Shown here: one piece after another, positions 10,001 to 19,229 of the stretch
How positions within the stretch are numbered: the first letter of the stretch is position 1
Layout of the letters: each line of letters begins with the position of its first letter
IMG/VR virus record: IMGVR_UViG_3300003267_000167
Location: 1-54,190 of that record
Strand: one strand, 5' to 3'
Length of the DNA: 54,190 bases
Source: a virus
Lineage: Duplodnaviria > Caudoviricetes
The notes under the pieces: model-generated
The model's database searches: none
What the model saw: the letters and a program-made list of their open reading frames with translations, nothing else
What the model was told of the DNA's origin: nothing
Position numbers and translations under genes: made by a program

Positions 10001-11341
10001 GAAGATCATCAAAACCGCCTCATTGCCATCTTGGAAGTCGGCCGGCGCGCGAGGGAGGCGAGCATCCGCACGTCGGCGAGCGTCGGCCTTGTGAGCTTTG
10101 AAGAGGCGGAAAAGCGGCTTGTGGAGATCGAGCGGGAGCGGTTCGCCGAACGGGAAGGCGCGTTAAACGCCGACCTAGAGCGGGCGCGTGAAGACGTGGC
10201 CAAGCGGGCGGAGATCCTAGACGAGCTGGCCAGGCTGGCGGCCGAACGCGCGGCCTTTGAAGAAGACGCTTCCAAGCGGATCATTGACGCACAGAAGAAA
10301 GAGGCCGAAGGCTTCACGGACTTAATCACCAAGCGCGTCCGGGCGCTTTCGGACTTGCGCCGGGCGCAGATTGACGCGCAAGCGGCGGAGACCGTCTTAG
10401 CGTTACAGCGCGGCACGATCACGCGCCAGCAAGCCGACGTGGCTGGATTTCAGCAGCGGCGCGAGCAATTGCGGATCGAGTCCGAAGAGAGAAAAGCCGC
10501 CATCCAGCGCGAAGCCTTGGACCTAATCGAACAAGCTAAGAATCGCGCGGGCGCGGCCGCCGCCATCGTGGACATTGAGCGCGTCAAAAACGAACGACTC
10601 AAGGCGGAGAAAGAGCGCGCGGCGGCCGAAGATGCGGCGCTCGAAAATCAGCAAAACGCGGTACGGCTTACGCCCATCTTCGGGGAGGACGCGGCGCAAC
10701 GGATCGCGGCCTTTGAGCAGACGACCGGCGCGGCCGCAACCACACTCGAAAAGCTACAGCTTGCCGCCCAAGCGACGGCAGACAGCTTGAGCGAGAGCTT
10801 GCCGACCATCGGAGAGCTTTTCGATCAATCCGCGCTGGCGGTTGCGAACGCCTCTGCAACGATGCTTTCAAGCTTCTTGAGCGGCAAAGAGCCAATCCGA
10901 AAGGCGGCGGCGGCCTTATTCGCGGCCGCGCTGCAACCTCTCAAGGATTATCTAAACAAGCGCGCACGGGCGGAGTTCGCCATCGCGGCGGCGGAGTTCG
11001 CGGCCGGCAACTATGTGGGAGGCGCTAAGCACACGCTCGCCGGCATCGCGCTAATCGGCGCGGCCGCGCTGATTGACGTAGGCGCGGGCCTCATTGGCGG
11101 CGGCGGGTCGGCGGGCGGCGCAATCGCGGGCGGCGGCGTCTCTTCGTCGGGCGGCACGCAAGACACGGGGCCGCGCGTGATTTCACAGGACACGCCGCGC
11201 CCGCAGCTTGTACCCGTGGTCATTCGGCCGGAGCTTAATTTCCGGGCGGACCTGACGGGCGGCATTCTTTCAATCGTCCATGACGACATCACAAACAACG
11301 GGCGCACGCGCGCCTTGATACAAGAGACCAACCCGGTTTGA
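7019..11341 (+). CDS. Tape measure protein, 1440 aa
   Basis: Longest ORF; Ala-rich helical and coiled-coil, hydrophobic segments; synteny. Confidence 0.92.
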   Translation: MADQQIDTLLRFLGEDAGALAAINAVSASLQAAAAQSQALFAPIIAQAAQAASVVQTLTTATNAETDAATRAGGGERERASSVLALAQAVARLQVAEGNAAGAVQTLKAALSEAEAGTVQYVNAQRQLVTIEAQLANAASKADAEIVKQASTLARLAQVSGDSAKALKIIEDAQARLANPNSLAAARLEIQKTYLNTNYANSPLVGMLQQINAGLGRFSPLLGSSGRLVQTFTGGLAQAAASLGSTKANLDANADSANKFFERLRNANQAVVDFVKDQKGEASATDFFLNLSKQASAAGDRIRSVFANIRQSLENALGPSGGGNGLVTTLGLGNVAPAANQATATLSGLTTAAEGSAEGLGAVGAAGGASALALGAVVGVVLALVAALAILITSLTAGTKLLIDMGEAGVKANADLEHLNLGLASVINGIGEVSRNGIKLTGAEQFQASLALATDQVTKLRQEAAAVGLPVQEVVEGLQTTEGPLTRFGLSLDDARKTTINIALAMNALGIPLREIGQESRAILQGQTDRTARLNQILQITKEELAAAKARNDVQGLLNERLAGFAAGGAAFAQSFDGAVARAQSRLTDLERTVTGGLFEALKTKLNDVLDSVAKAGGLQNLFGGIADTLTRIFDTAGGTIGKVIDFIFSSLQAVDRFLAQNRETVGEIIEEVNQIITLIGSTVAGVLRITLGAQDAGKEANVLAGILRAVVVIVGLVGDGIKIWISSFLTVGNALKLAVIAPLEVTVKLFAALVSGIPFIGAAADRAANALESSRKSAVAGVTESAKNFASSIANIGQASKRASEAIDEARKKAAAGQRVTAQAGAPSTAGLAFQARPGTPDDKNKGGKGALDAARASAEALLRITQLAEKEAALANQRITNALRQSLTDRLISIETFTELSIQAERDLLDAKRAAFDAEEKVINDGAASEESAAIKSSKTREAAANKITAIDAKRNEKLAELNLKRQAAEQEADIKTEGLRDDLRRAQEKNEEDHQNRLIAILEVGRRAREASIRTSASVGLVSFEEAEKRLVEIERERFAEREGALNADLERAREDVAKRAEILDELARLAAERAAFEEDASKRIIDAQKKEAEGFTDLITKRVRALSDLRRAQIDAQAAETVLALQRGTITRQQADVAGFQQRREQLRIESEERKAAIQREALDLIEQAKNRAGAAAAIVDIERVKNERLKAEKERAAAEDAALENQQNAVRLTPIFGEDAAQRIAAFEQTTGAAATTLEKLQLAAQATADSLSESLPTIGELFDQSALAVANASATMLSSFLSGKEPIRKAAAALFAAALQPLKDYLNKRARAEFAIAAAEFAAGNYVGGAKHTLAGIALIGAAALIDVGAGLIGGGGSAGGAIAGGGVSSSGGTQDTGPRVISQDTPRPQLVPVVIRPELNFRADLTGGILSIVHDDITNNGRTRALIQETNPV

Positions 11342-11348
11342 GGCGAGT

Positions 11349-11504
11349 ATGAGCGATGAAACGAAAATCTTAATTGAGGTCATTGTTGAGCGGGAGACGG
11401 ACCTAACGCTTGAGGTTGAACCGGACGGCCGGTTGACGATCTCGCCGCGCGCTTCGATTGAAGACCTGAAAAAGATCATCGCGGTTTATGAAGAGTACGC
11501 TTAA
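11349..11504 (+). CDS. Small hypothetical protein (51 aa)
   Basis: MSDETKILIEVIVER...YEEYA; TAATG overlap with the next gene; below the ORF-track cutoff. Confidence 0.55.
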   Translation: MSDETKILIEVIVERETDLTLEVEPDGRLTISPRASIEDLKKIIAVYEEYA

Positions 11505-11869
11505 TGAGCACCATCGCCAATTATCCTGACGGCATCGGGACGGCCGGGCCGACCATTGCCCGGATCGTTCCCTTGCCGACCGATTACACGGTTGACCGCT
11601 CAGTGAATGAGGACGGCGGCTGCAACGTGAATGTGCAACCCTGCGGCCTCAAGCGGTTTCAATTGGAGTACGCCGGCTTGAGCGCGGGCGACCTGGCCAC
11701 ACTCCGAACGCATAAAAACTTGGCCAAGGGGCGCGTCAATGATTTTTCCTTTTACTATCGAGAAAATGCCACGACGTACACGGGCGTTATGTATGAATCT
11801 TGGAAGGTCGGCCGGCACGTCAAGACATGGGCGCGCGTCGTCTCCGTCGTGCTGGTCGTTTATCAATAG
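11504..11869 (+). CDS. Distal tail protein-like
   Basis: After tape measure; RFQLEY...AKGRVNDFSF pattern typical of Dit/gpM-like proteins. Confidence 0.6.
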   Translation: MSTIANYPDGIGTAGPTIARIVPLPTDYTVDRSVNEDGGCNVNVQPCGLKRFQLEYAGLSAGDLATLRTHKNLAKGRVNDFSFYYRENATTYTGVMYESWKVGRHVKTWARVVSVVLVVYQ

Positions 11870-11878
11870 GAGGCAATC

Positions 11879-12181
11879 TTGAGCGAAAAGATAGAGAAGT
11901 TGGTTGAACAATACAAAGCGGACGCGCACGCCATGCAAACCGGCGTAGCGTACATGATCGAAAAAGGCAGCGGCGCGGAAAGCCCTAAGCATCTGCGCGT
12001 CGGCGTTAATTCCGCGATGGTTGACCATGCCGGCCTGGCCATGTTGCTTATCAAAAAGGGCATTATCACGGAAGAGGAATACATTGAAGCAATCGCCGAC
12101 AAGATGCGCGAAGAGAAAGAGCGTTATGAGCGCGAAGTAAATGAGGCTTACGGCGGCGGCGGAAAGATCAAGCTAGGCTGA
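11879..12181 (+). CDS. Hypothetical protein
   Basis: AGGAGG RBS with TTG start; LLIKKGIITEEEY motif. Confidence 0.65.
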   Translation: MSEKIEKLVEQYKADAHAMQTGVAYMIEKGSGAESPKHLRVGVNSAMVDHAGLAMLLIKKGIITEEEYIEAIADKMREEKERYEREVNEAYGGGGKIKLG

Positions 12182-12182
12182 C

Positions 12183-13163
12183 ATGCCAACTATCCCAATC
12201 ACATGGACGAACCTGACCAACGCGGCCATCAACGGCAATGGCGAGCTAGAGAAGACCGTTGACACGTTGGGCGGCGCGGGTTGTATGGACAACGCCTCCG
12301 GGTCGGGCGATGCGGGCGCGTGGTCCAATGAGACCGTCACGGGGCCGGATTGGGAGTTTGCCTGTACCTTGGGACCGGGCAGCGGGTCGGGGCGTTCGTT
12401 CGTCGGCGTCACGTCGGGCAGCTTTTCGGTAAACTTTACGCTGTGGGATTACACCTGGCATGTCAGTACCTTTAACAACACGTCCGGCACGCCTCACCCG
12501 CCCGATAGTATCTTTGTCTATCAGGGGTCTCCGCCGAACCTGACCTATCGAGATGGAATCTGGAATGAGGGCGACGATTTGCGGATCGTCTGCACGGGCG
12601 CAACCGTTCGCTTTTATCTCAATTCCCTTTTGGTCTACACGTCAAGCCTTGCGCCGTCCTACCCGATTCGCGCGATTGCTTCCCTTGCCTGCCTTGGCGG
12701 AACGGTCGTTAATCCCCGATTTATTACGGGATCGTCGGGCGGCGGCGGCGGGTCGTCATGCGGCAGAGGGTCGGACGTGGGCGATTCCTGCTCTGACCCG
12801 TGGACGGTCCCGACGCCGGCCGCTTTCCCGACCGCGATTAAATTCGCGTATTTTAACGAACTAGAAGAGGACTGGCGCGAGAAAGGGCAAGCTTTCCCCG
12901 ATGGCGTGCCGGCCTTTACGGCCATCCTGGCGGCGGGCATTCGCGTTTTCGAGTTTGAGACCGTGCCGCTATCGAAGAGTGAGGCGGCGGTGATAGATGG
13001 CCATTGGGATTCAACGCGCGGCGGCCTGGCCTTCACCTTGACGCATCCGCACACGGCCGAAGTGATTACCGGCGTCCGCTATGACGGAAAACTTGAGTAC
13101 CCGCCGCACACGAAAGTATGGGCACAAACCCGGACGGGACGATTCATCAAGTACACATCTTGA
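12183..13163 (+). CDS. Minor tail protein: beta-sandwich N-terminal domain plus Dit-like C-terminal domain
   Basis: C-terminus resembles 11504-11869 (RVFEF...GGLAFTL...TGVRY); Gly linker. Confidence 0.55.
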   Translation: MPTIPITWTNLTNAAINGNGELEKTVDTLGGAGCMDNASGSGDAGAWSNETVTGPDWEFACTLGPGSGSGRSFVGVTSGSFSVNFTLWDYTWHVSTFNNTSGTPHPPDSIFVYQGSPPNLTYRDGIWNEGDDLRIVCTGATVRFYLNSLLVYTSSLAPSYPIRAIASLACLGGTVVNPRFITGSSGGGGGSSCGRGSDVGDSCSDPWTVPTPAAFPTAIKFAYFNELEEDWREKGQAFPDGVPAFTAILAAGIRVFEFETVPLSKSEAAVIDGHWDSTRGGLAFTLTHPHTAEVITGVRYDGKLEYPPHTKVWAQTRTGRFIKYTS

Positions 13164-13166
13164 GCC

Positions 13167-16100
13167 ATGCAGAATGTTTCATCGTCAATGTATGCGGCGC
13201 TGAATACCAGTCAAACGGACTTGGTTAAGGGCGATCTCTTTGAGTTTTACGATCCGAGTGTGACGGACCTTTGCCCTGGCAATGCAACCAAGCTCTACGC
13301 CGGCACAAGCATCGTGTGGCTGGGCTATCAGTACGAACGCCAGGCGCTAGGGCACGGGGAAATCTCGCGGTACATTGACGAACGGTTTGCGACCGTCAAT
13401 ATCAATCTTTCAAACGTTGACCGTAGCGTTTCGGCGTGGATTGGGAGCGTGGAAGATCGTTTGGAAGGCTGGCGCGTACTTGTCCGGGCGGTCTCAAAGC
13501 ATGTGGATGATGATTCCGTCGTCATGGGGGTCTTTCGCTGTGAGCCTGTGGATAAGGTCAATAACAAGCTTGTGCAGATCACGGCGAAGCAATCACTAGG
13601 CTCCATCAATACCGAATTGCCTTGGGGCAAAGAGTCGCCGAAATGTCCGCTCGTTTTTAAAGGCGTTCGCTGTCTTGGCGGTATTCCGCTAGGCTCACAC
13701 TCCGCCGCCTATCAGGCAGCAACCACATGCGACAAGTCGAAACAGCAGTGCGCGGGCTATTCCAACTTGCCGGCCTTTCAAGGCGAGTGGTTTAACGCGG
13801 TCACGGCCAACTTCAAAGTCTCCCAACGGCGCGGCGGCGCGGGCGGCGCACTCCTGGCGCTTTTCGGATCGCCGAATAAGCGCGTTACAAAACAGCATAG
13901 CTCTCAAGACGCTTCATCCATCGGGACGCCGACGCCGATTATCATGGGCGCGGCACAAGTCGAATTTGTGCCCTTGCAGACGGACGACACCGGGCAATAC
14001 CTGGCCGGCCAGTGGATGATAGGCGCGGGCAGGCTCACGAAGATTCAAAACGTCCACACCATTACAAGCGGCTGGGATAACAACTTCCAAGCCTACGCCG
14101 AACACAAAGGCGCGTTGGGGTATGACGCCGAACAGATACCGGCCGGCTACTTCGCCAGCCAGGACCAACGCCATAGCCAGAAAGGCTACGTTGAGATCAC
14201 GATTAAGGGAGACAACCCGGACACGGGCGATCCTGCGCCAACCATCGTCGGCCGGATCATGGGGATTAAAGTGCCGGCGTGGACGGGCACCACCTTCGGG
14301 GCGGACGCCTTTTCAGACAACCCGGTTGACCATTGCCGGGCGATCCTGACCGATGAGCGGAGCTTAAAATACAATTCGGCGTGGATTGATGAGATCGAAA
14401 GCGGGAAGACGGCCGACTTTTGCAGTGAGCCGTTAAAAGACACGACGGGCGGCGAAGATATTTACCTGAGCCAGAACGCCGGCACGCCGGGCACGGATTA
14501 TAAGCGATACCGCTCTAGCGGAGTTTTAGACAAGTATTACTGGCGGTACGTTATGGGGCTGGATGCGGATCATTCGGCCGTCAAGGAAATTACCTATCAC
14601 ACGTTCAACCCGGCCGCCGCGCCCATTTCGCCGACGCCTTCAACCGTCTACCGGAAGCGATACACAAGCAACTTCGTCATTCGGGATACCCTCCCAACGA
14701 TAGACTTTTTGTATCAGTACCTATTGCCGGCCTTCCGGGGCTACTTCATCACGTCGGCGCAAGGCAAGCTACAGATCAAGGCGCGCAAACCGACGATCTC
14801 TAGCTTCATCCGCAACAACTTATCCATCGGCGCAACCGCCATTCCGGTTGAGGACGCCTTAGCCTGGCGGAGTTTGAATCTGCCCGTTATCTTCGCGCTG
14901 GTCGGCGTCGGCCTCTCCACATCGGAGACGCGCGAAGTCACTTCCATTGACTTCAGCACGGCGGGTAATTCCATCACCCTGGCGGCGACGGGGAGCGCGA
15001 CGGCCAGCGGCGCGACGCTCGCCGGGGGATCGTCAAGCGCGCAAGCCCAAGGCACCATCACGATAGGGTCAATCGCGGCCGCTTCCGTCACGATTGACGG
15101 CGTGATCGAAAGCTACACGCCCGGCACGGACGACACCACGGGCACGATAGCGGCGATGCTCGCCACACAGATCAACGCCAACGCGACGATCAACCGATTC
15201 GCCGAAGCCCTTTGGACAAAGACCCTCCCAACACAAGTAATCATCCGCTCGAAATTGGGCATTCTAAACGTCGCGCCGTTGACCTACGCGCACAACCAAC
15301 TTGAGACCGTCGCGCACGTCCACATGGTTTTTTCCGACGTGGCAATGGGCGCACTCTCGCGCGGGAACATTTTGGAGGATTCCTTTGAATGGCCGTTCGG
15401 CGGCAAAGTGGCGAACTATAACAAGTTTGTCTGTAGCTATCAGTCTGCGCCCGACGATTATCAGTTGCTTGAGGTTGACGAAATAGACGAAGCCAACATT
15501 GAAAAGATTAACAAGACGAACAAGAAAGAGATCAAGGGCGGTTGCATTGATAACTACCATCAGGCGCGTCGGTTAGTGGTTGCGGAGCGGTATACCTACC
15601 GAGAGGGTAACTACTTCGTGCAGATCAAAACCGATGACGCGCGCTGTCTGTTACTTGAAGAGGGGGATTTCTTTTGCGCGACGCATAACAACCAACCCAA
15701 CCAACGGAACATGATGTTTACGGTTGAGGAACTAAAGGTATCGGACGGGAGCGGGAACAACGATCTCCATACCGTAACTCTGCTAGGGCGGTTGTATGCC
15801 GACGATCAATTTCCGCTATCGGCGGACCAACGGACGATCTCAAGTACAACCGGCGTGGGTTGGCCTTCCAATGCGCCGGGGCCGGTTACTTCCCTTGTGC
15901 TGACATCAACGCAACCCTTCACGGTGCATGGGAGCTTCACGTTTGCCAACTTCATCGGACCGCAACGCGCCCGGATCGAAGTCGAACGCGCCGGGACGAC
16001 CGGCTTTATGGACACCGGGCTTTCGATCCTGCCCGACGCGAGCAATAACGGATCGTTTGATTTGTCCGGCCTGCCCGCGGGTCTTACGTCCGTGCGCGTG

Positions 16101-16256
16101 ACGGCGATCTCGATTGCGAGCGGCGCCGAAAGCTCGCCAGTCACCGGCACCGTGACGGTTTTAGACTTTGATTTTGAAATAGACTTGAACGCGGACGGCG
16201 TTACCCTTGAAGTGGTTCAGGAGGACGACGGAAGCGGGCCTTTAGTCGAGGGGTAG
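13167..16256 (+). CDS. Tail tip / baseplate hub protein
   Basis: 1029 aa; Cys cluster (KCPLVFKGVRC...CDKS..QC), SDNP..H motif, FN3-like C-terminus; synteny. Confidence 0.8.
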   Translation: MQNVSSSMYAALNTSQTDLVKGDLFEFYDPSVTDLCPGNATKLYAGTSIVWLGYQYERQALGHGEISRYIDERFATVNINLSNVDRSVSAWIGSVEDRLEGWRVLVRAVSKHVDDDSVVMGVFRCEPVDKVNNKLVQITAKQSLGSINTELPWGKESPKCPLVFKGVRCLGGIPLGSHSAAYQAATTCDKSKQQCAGYSNLPAFQGEWFNAVTANFKVSQRRGGAGGALLALFGSPNKRVTKQHSSQDASSIGTPTPIIMGAAQVEFVPLQTDDTGQYLAGQWMIGAGRLTKIQNVHTITSGWDNNFQAYAEHKGALGYDAEQIPAGYFASQDQRHSQKGYVEITIKGDNPDTGDPAPTIVGRIMGIKVPAWTGTTFGADAFSDNPVDHCRAILTDERSLKYNSAWIDEIESGKTADFCSEPLKDTTGGEDIYLSQNAGTPGTDYKRYRSSGVLDKYYWRYVMGLDADHSAVKEITYHTFNPAAAPISPTPSTVYRKRYTSNFVIRDTLPTIDFLYQYLLPAFRGYFITSAQGKLQIKARKPTISSFIRNNLSIGATAIPVEDALAWRSLNLPVIFALVGVGLSTSETREVTSIDFSTAGNSITLAATGSATASGATLAGGSSSAQAQGTITIGSIAAASVTIDGVIESYTPGTDDTTGTIAAMLATQINANATINRFAEALWTKTLPTQVIIRSKLGILNVAPLTYAHNQLETVAHVHMVFSDVAMGALSRGNILEDSFEWPFGGKVANYNKFVCSYQSAPDDYQLLEVDEIDEANIEKINKTNKKEIKGGCIDNYHQARRLVVAERYTYREGNYFVQIKTDDARCLLLEEGDFFCATHNNQPNQRNMMFTVEELKVSDGSGNNDLHTVTLLGRLYADDQFPLSADQRTISSTTGVGWPSNAPGPVTSLVLTSTQPFTVHGSFTFANFIGPQRARIEVERAGTTGFMDTGLSILPDASNNGSFDLSGLPAGLTSVRVTAISIASGAESSPVTGTVTVLDFDFEIDLNADGVTLEVVQEDDGSGPLVEG

Positions 16257-16261
16257 ACACC

Positions 16262-18019
16262 ATGCCGAACCATTCACAATCCGCATATGTTCACAAGGGC
16301 GCGCACATCGCCGCAACCGACCCGGAGACCACCTACGGCGGCACGTCGCTTTTGCAACCGGACGTAATTTGGATCAACACATCATCCGCGCCCTACCCTT
16401 GGAAAAAACGCAACGCCGGGAATACCGGCTGGGACGCGCTGAGCTTCAAAGGCCAGCTTGACGCCAACGGGCAAGTCCTTTCTGGCGTCGCTACGCCCGT
16501 GAGCGGGACCGACGCCGCGAATAAAACCTACGTGGACGGCGTAGCGGGCGCGGCCGCGCCCTTCGTGGACTCAACCGCCATCGTCAAGGGGTCGGGCGAC
16601 GCGACCAAACAGCTACGCTTTGAGGTGGACGGCTTCACGACCGGCACGACGCGCGTACTCACTGCGCCCGACTATAACGGGACGATAGCGACGCTCGCCG
16701 GGGCGGAGACCCTGACCAACAAAACGCTAGGCAGCACCATTGCCGTCACGGCCGCGATTAGCTTCACGGCCGGCGTTAAGCAGACCTTCGCGCCGGACGC
16801 GACGAACGCCGGGCTAAATGCCGGGAGCGTCGCCGGCAACCCGTCGTCATTGGCCAACGGTGACATTTGGTATGATTCAACCGCCAACGCATTAAAGGCG
16901 CGGATCAACGGATCAACCGTGAGCCTTGGCGCGGGCGGCGGCGGGTCGGGCACGGTCAATACGGGCGCATCCGGCAATATCGCCTATTATCCGAGCGCGG
17001 GCACGACGGTTGATGATGTACCCGGCTTTACGTCCGACGCCTCCGGCAACCTGACGGCGGCCGCGTCCGTGTCCACGTCGGGATCGCCGACGCTTTTGAC
17101 CGTCACGGGGCCGGCGCACACAACCCTTGCGGCCGGGACGGAAGCGCCGGACCTGCATTTCAATCTCGCCAGGACGGTGCAGTTTGCGACCGGGGCGCTA
17201 TCGCTGCAACGCGCCGTGCGATTCCGCGCGCCGACATGGGCTTTCGTCGGGGCGTCCACGCTATCGGACGCGATCAACGTGGACATTGACACGCCGACGC
17301 CGGGCACCAATGCGACCTTCACGCGCTCAACCGGCCTTCGGGTCAAAGGCAATAACAACGCCGATTGTTTGGTGTGGTTGGATCATAAAATTTCGAGCAC
17401 GGGCGAAGTGCTGGCGATGGGCCTTGTCGCCTCTAAGGTCGTCCGGTTTATTTCCAACGGAGGGACGATCAACAGCGTTATCAACGGCAGCGGGTCGGCG
17501 CTTTCATCGTCGGCGACGGACGGTTTTTTATGGTTGGGCGAATACTCCGGCACGGGCGCACCATCGGGCACGCCGACCAGCTACACGGGCGCGGAACCGC
17601 TCGTTATGCAGCGGGACAACATAAACGCGATCTATGACCTGTGGGCTTATTCAAATTCGGCCTGGCGATCCATCGGCGGCCAATTCAAACGGTATGACAC
17701 GACGAGCGGCAACGGCGCGCAGACGATAGACTTTAATTCGTCCGCTTCGGCGGTCGTCTCGCGCCAGTTTACCGCGTCGGGCGGCAACGCAACCCTGACG
17801 TTTTCCAACCCGCCGCGCGCCGGCAGTGTGGTCGTGATTATGATCGTTCAAGACGGCAGCGGGAGCCGCACGATCACATGGCCGGCGTCCGTCAAGTGGC
17901 AAGGCGGCAGTGGCAACGCGCCGACCCTCACCACGACGGCGGCCGCGAAAGACATCTTTTCGTTTTTGTATGACGGGACGAATTATTATGAGCTTTCGCG
18001 TCAGTTGAATGTGAGCTAG
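16262..18019 (+). CDS. Tail fibre / receptor-binding protein
   Basis: DAANKTYVD, ETLTNKT, and C-terminal QDGSGSRTITWPASVKW...APTLT...DIFSF.YDGTNY fibre domain. Confidence 0.85.
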   Translation: MPNHSQSAYVHKGAHIAATDPETTYGGTSLLQPDVIWINTSSAPYPWKKRNAGNTGWDALSFKGQLDANGQVLSGVATPVSGTDAANKTYVDGVAGAAAPFVDSTAIVKGSGDATKQLRFEVDGFTTGTTRVLTAPDYNGTIATLAGAETLTNKTLGSTIAVTAAISFTAGVKQTFAPDATNAGLNAGSVAGNPSSLANGDIWYDSTANALKARINGSTVSLGAGGGGSGTVNTGASGNIAYYPSAGTTVDDVPGFTSDASGNLTAAASVSTSGSPTLLTVTGPAHTTLAAGTEAPDLHFNLARTVQFATGALSLQRAVRFRAPTWAFVGASTLSDAINVDIDTPTPGTNATFTRSTGLRVKGNNNADCLVWLDHKISSTGEVLAMGLVASKVVRFISNGGTINSVINGSGSALSSSATDGFLWLGEYSGTGAPSGTPTSYTGAEPLVMQRDNINAIYDLWAYSNSAWRSIGGQFKRYDTTSGNGAQTIDFNSSASAVVSRQFTASGGNATLTFSNPPRAGSVVVIMIVQDGSGSRTITWPASVKWQGGSGNAPTLTTTAAAKDIFSFLYDGTNYYELSRQLNVS

Positions 18020-18061
18020 TATCATCTCACCCGCCAAGCGGACGGGGATTTGATGACGCAC

Positions 18062-18100
18062 GAAAGGCCGAAAGGGATGATAAGTCTCTTTCGGCCTTTT
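18062..18100. terminator. Intrinsic terminator ending the late operon
   Basis: GAAAGGCCGAAAGGGA-loop-TCTCTTTCGGCCTTTT. Confidence 0.75.
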
Positions 18101-18302
18101 CGCGTCTCCTTGTGAGACCGGGCTATCTTGGTTTGATACCCGGCGCGCATCTTAGCGCGTCGGCGGTCGGTCGGGGAGTAGAAATATTTTGGGAGGGCCG
18201 GTATACTCTCCGGCAATGTAGGCAAGCCTTAACGGGCTTCGCTTGGAACGAAAGGCCGGCGCGTTACTGAGAGGACGGTTGCGCGTCGGCCTTGTCTTTG
18301 TC

Positions 18303-18332
18303 TTGACAGCCTTTCCCGCCTTGGCGTAGATT
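18303..18332 (+). promoter_or_regulatory. Sigma70-like promoter with operator in the spacer
   Basis: TTGACA-18-TAGATT; spacer contains CCGCCTTGGCG. Confidence 0.75.
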
Positions 18333-18497
18333 GCCCGCCGCACGCAAACAAAATGCCAGGACGCGACTACCGAACGCCCTGGCGCGTCAATTTACCAGCG
18401 CGGCCACGCTGGCAGCATTGACCGGGCGATTTTCCTATCCGTTGCCCTGCCCGGTCAAGCTTTCAGCCGCCAAGCTTTCAGATGTAATGGAGGCAAC

Positions 18498-19214
18498 ATG
18501 ACCAACGTGCAGAACGCATTTAAGCACAACCGGGCGCGGCAAAACGTTATCGTCGGCGGCGGGTTGATACTCGTTTGTATCACCCTTTTAAGCTGCGTCT
18601 CTTCGTTCATGATCTATCGGGAGGGCTTTTCAGATACGCCCTTCTTTATTCAAAATATCCTCAGTCTCTTCGCGGTCCTAGTGGTAGAAGGCGCGTTTAT
18701 TTGGCTGGTTTACGGCTTCACGCGCGCCTTTTCGAGCTTTATGGAGCGGATCATCAGCCTGGCCGGCATGGTCTTTTTGGTCTCCGTGATGCTCACCAAT
18801 ATCGTCACACATTTTATGATGGTGAAACATTTGGCGCTGTCCACGTTCCAACAGGCATGGCTGAGTTGGGGCGCGGTTTCCGTCTTTATCGGCGTCCTGA
18901 TTTTCGTCCTGTTAATCACGCTGGCGGATCCGGTTTCGCGGCTAATCCGGCTTGAGCTTCGCTACCAAGGCCGACAGCAAGAGACGATCATTCAGGCCAA
19001 GACGGAGGGCTTAAATTCCGAGCATGTGCAACTGGCGATGATCGAACGGGCAGAGATCGAAGCGAAGCAATTAGCGGATCGGATCGTTGGCGGTGAGACT
19101 CAACTTACGCCGCGAAAGCGCGTGCGAATGATTCAACAAGAGCCTTTGGAAAACTTTGATGCCGGCGACGGGGAGAAACCGAAGGGAAAAGGGCGCGGCC
19201 GGAGTTGGATTTAA
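18498..19214 (+). CDS. Integral membrane protein (about 4 TM) with helical C-terminus
   Basis: Four hydrophobic segments; GGAGG RBS. Confidence 0.85.
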   Translation: MTNVQNAFKHNRARQNVIVGGGLILVCITLLSCVSSFMIYREGFSDTPFFIQNILSLFAVLVVEGAFIWLVYGFTRAFSSFMERIISLAGMVFLVSVMLTNIVTHFMMVKHLALSTFQQAWLSWGAVSVFIGVLIFVLLITLADPVSRLIRLELRYQGRQQETIIQAKTEGLNSEHVQLAMIERAEIEAKQLADRIVGGETQLTPRKRVRMIQQEPLENFDAGDGEKPKGKGRGRSWI

Positions 19215-19229
19215 TCCCCGACCCGGCCG
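19184..19229 (+). other. Predicted -1 programmed ribosomal frameshift signal
   Basis: G GGA AAA in the correct phase, then after 5 nt a hairpin CGGCCGG...GGAT-TTA-ATCC...CCGGCCG; the -1 frame is the 19205-19900 ORF. Confidence 0.7.

Noticed and set aside
7129-11331. Many long minus-strand ORFs here and genome-wide (e.g. 22133-23044, 36657-37364)
   Set aside because: Antisense shadows of GC-rich genes with no RBS or motifs
165-18019. Diversity-generating retroelement or invertible fibre cassette
   Set aside because: No reverse transcriptase or invertase; no TR/VR pair with adenine-specific mismatches seen
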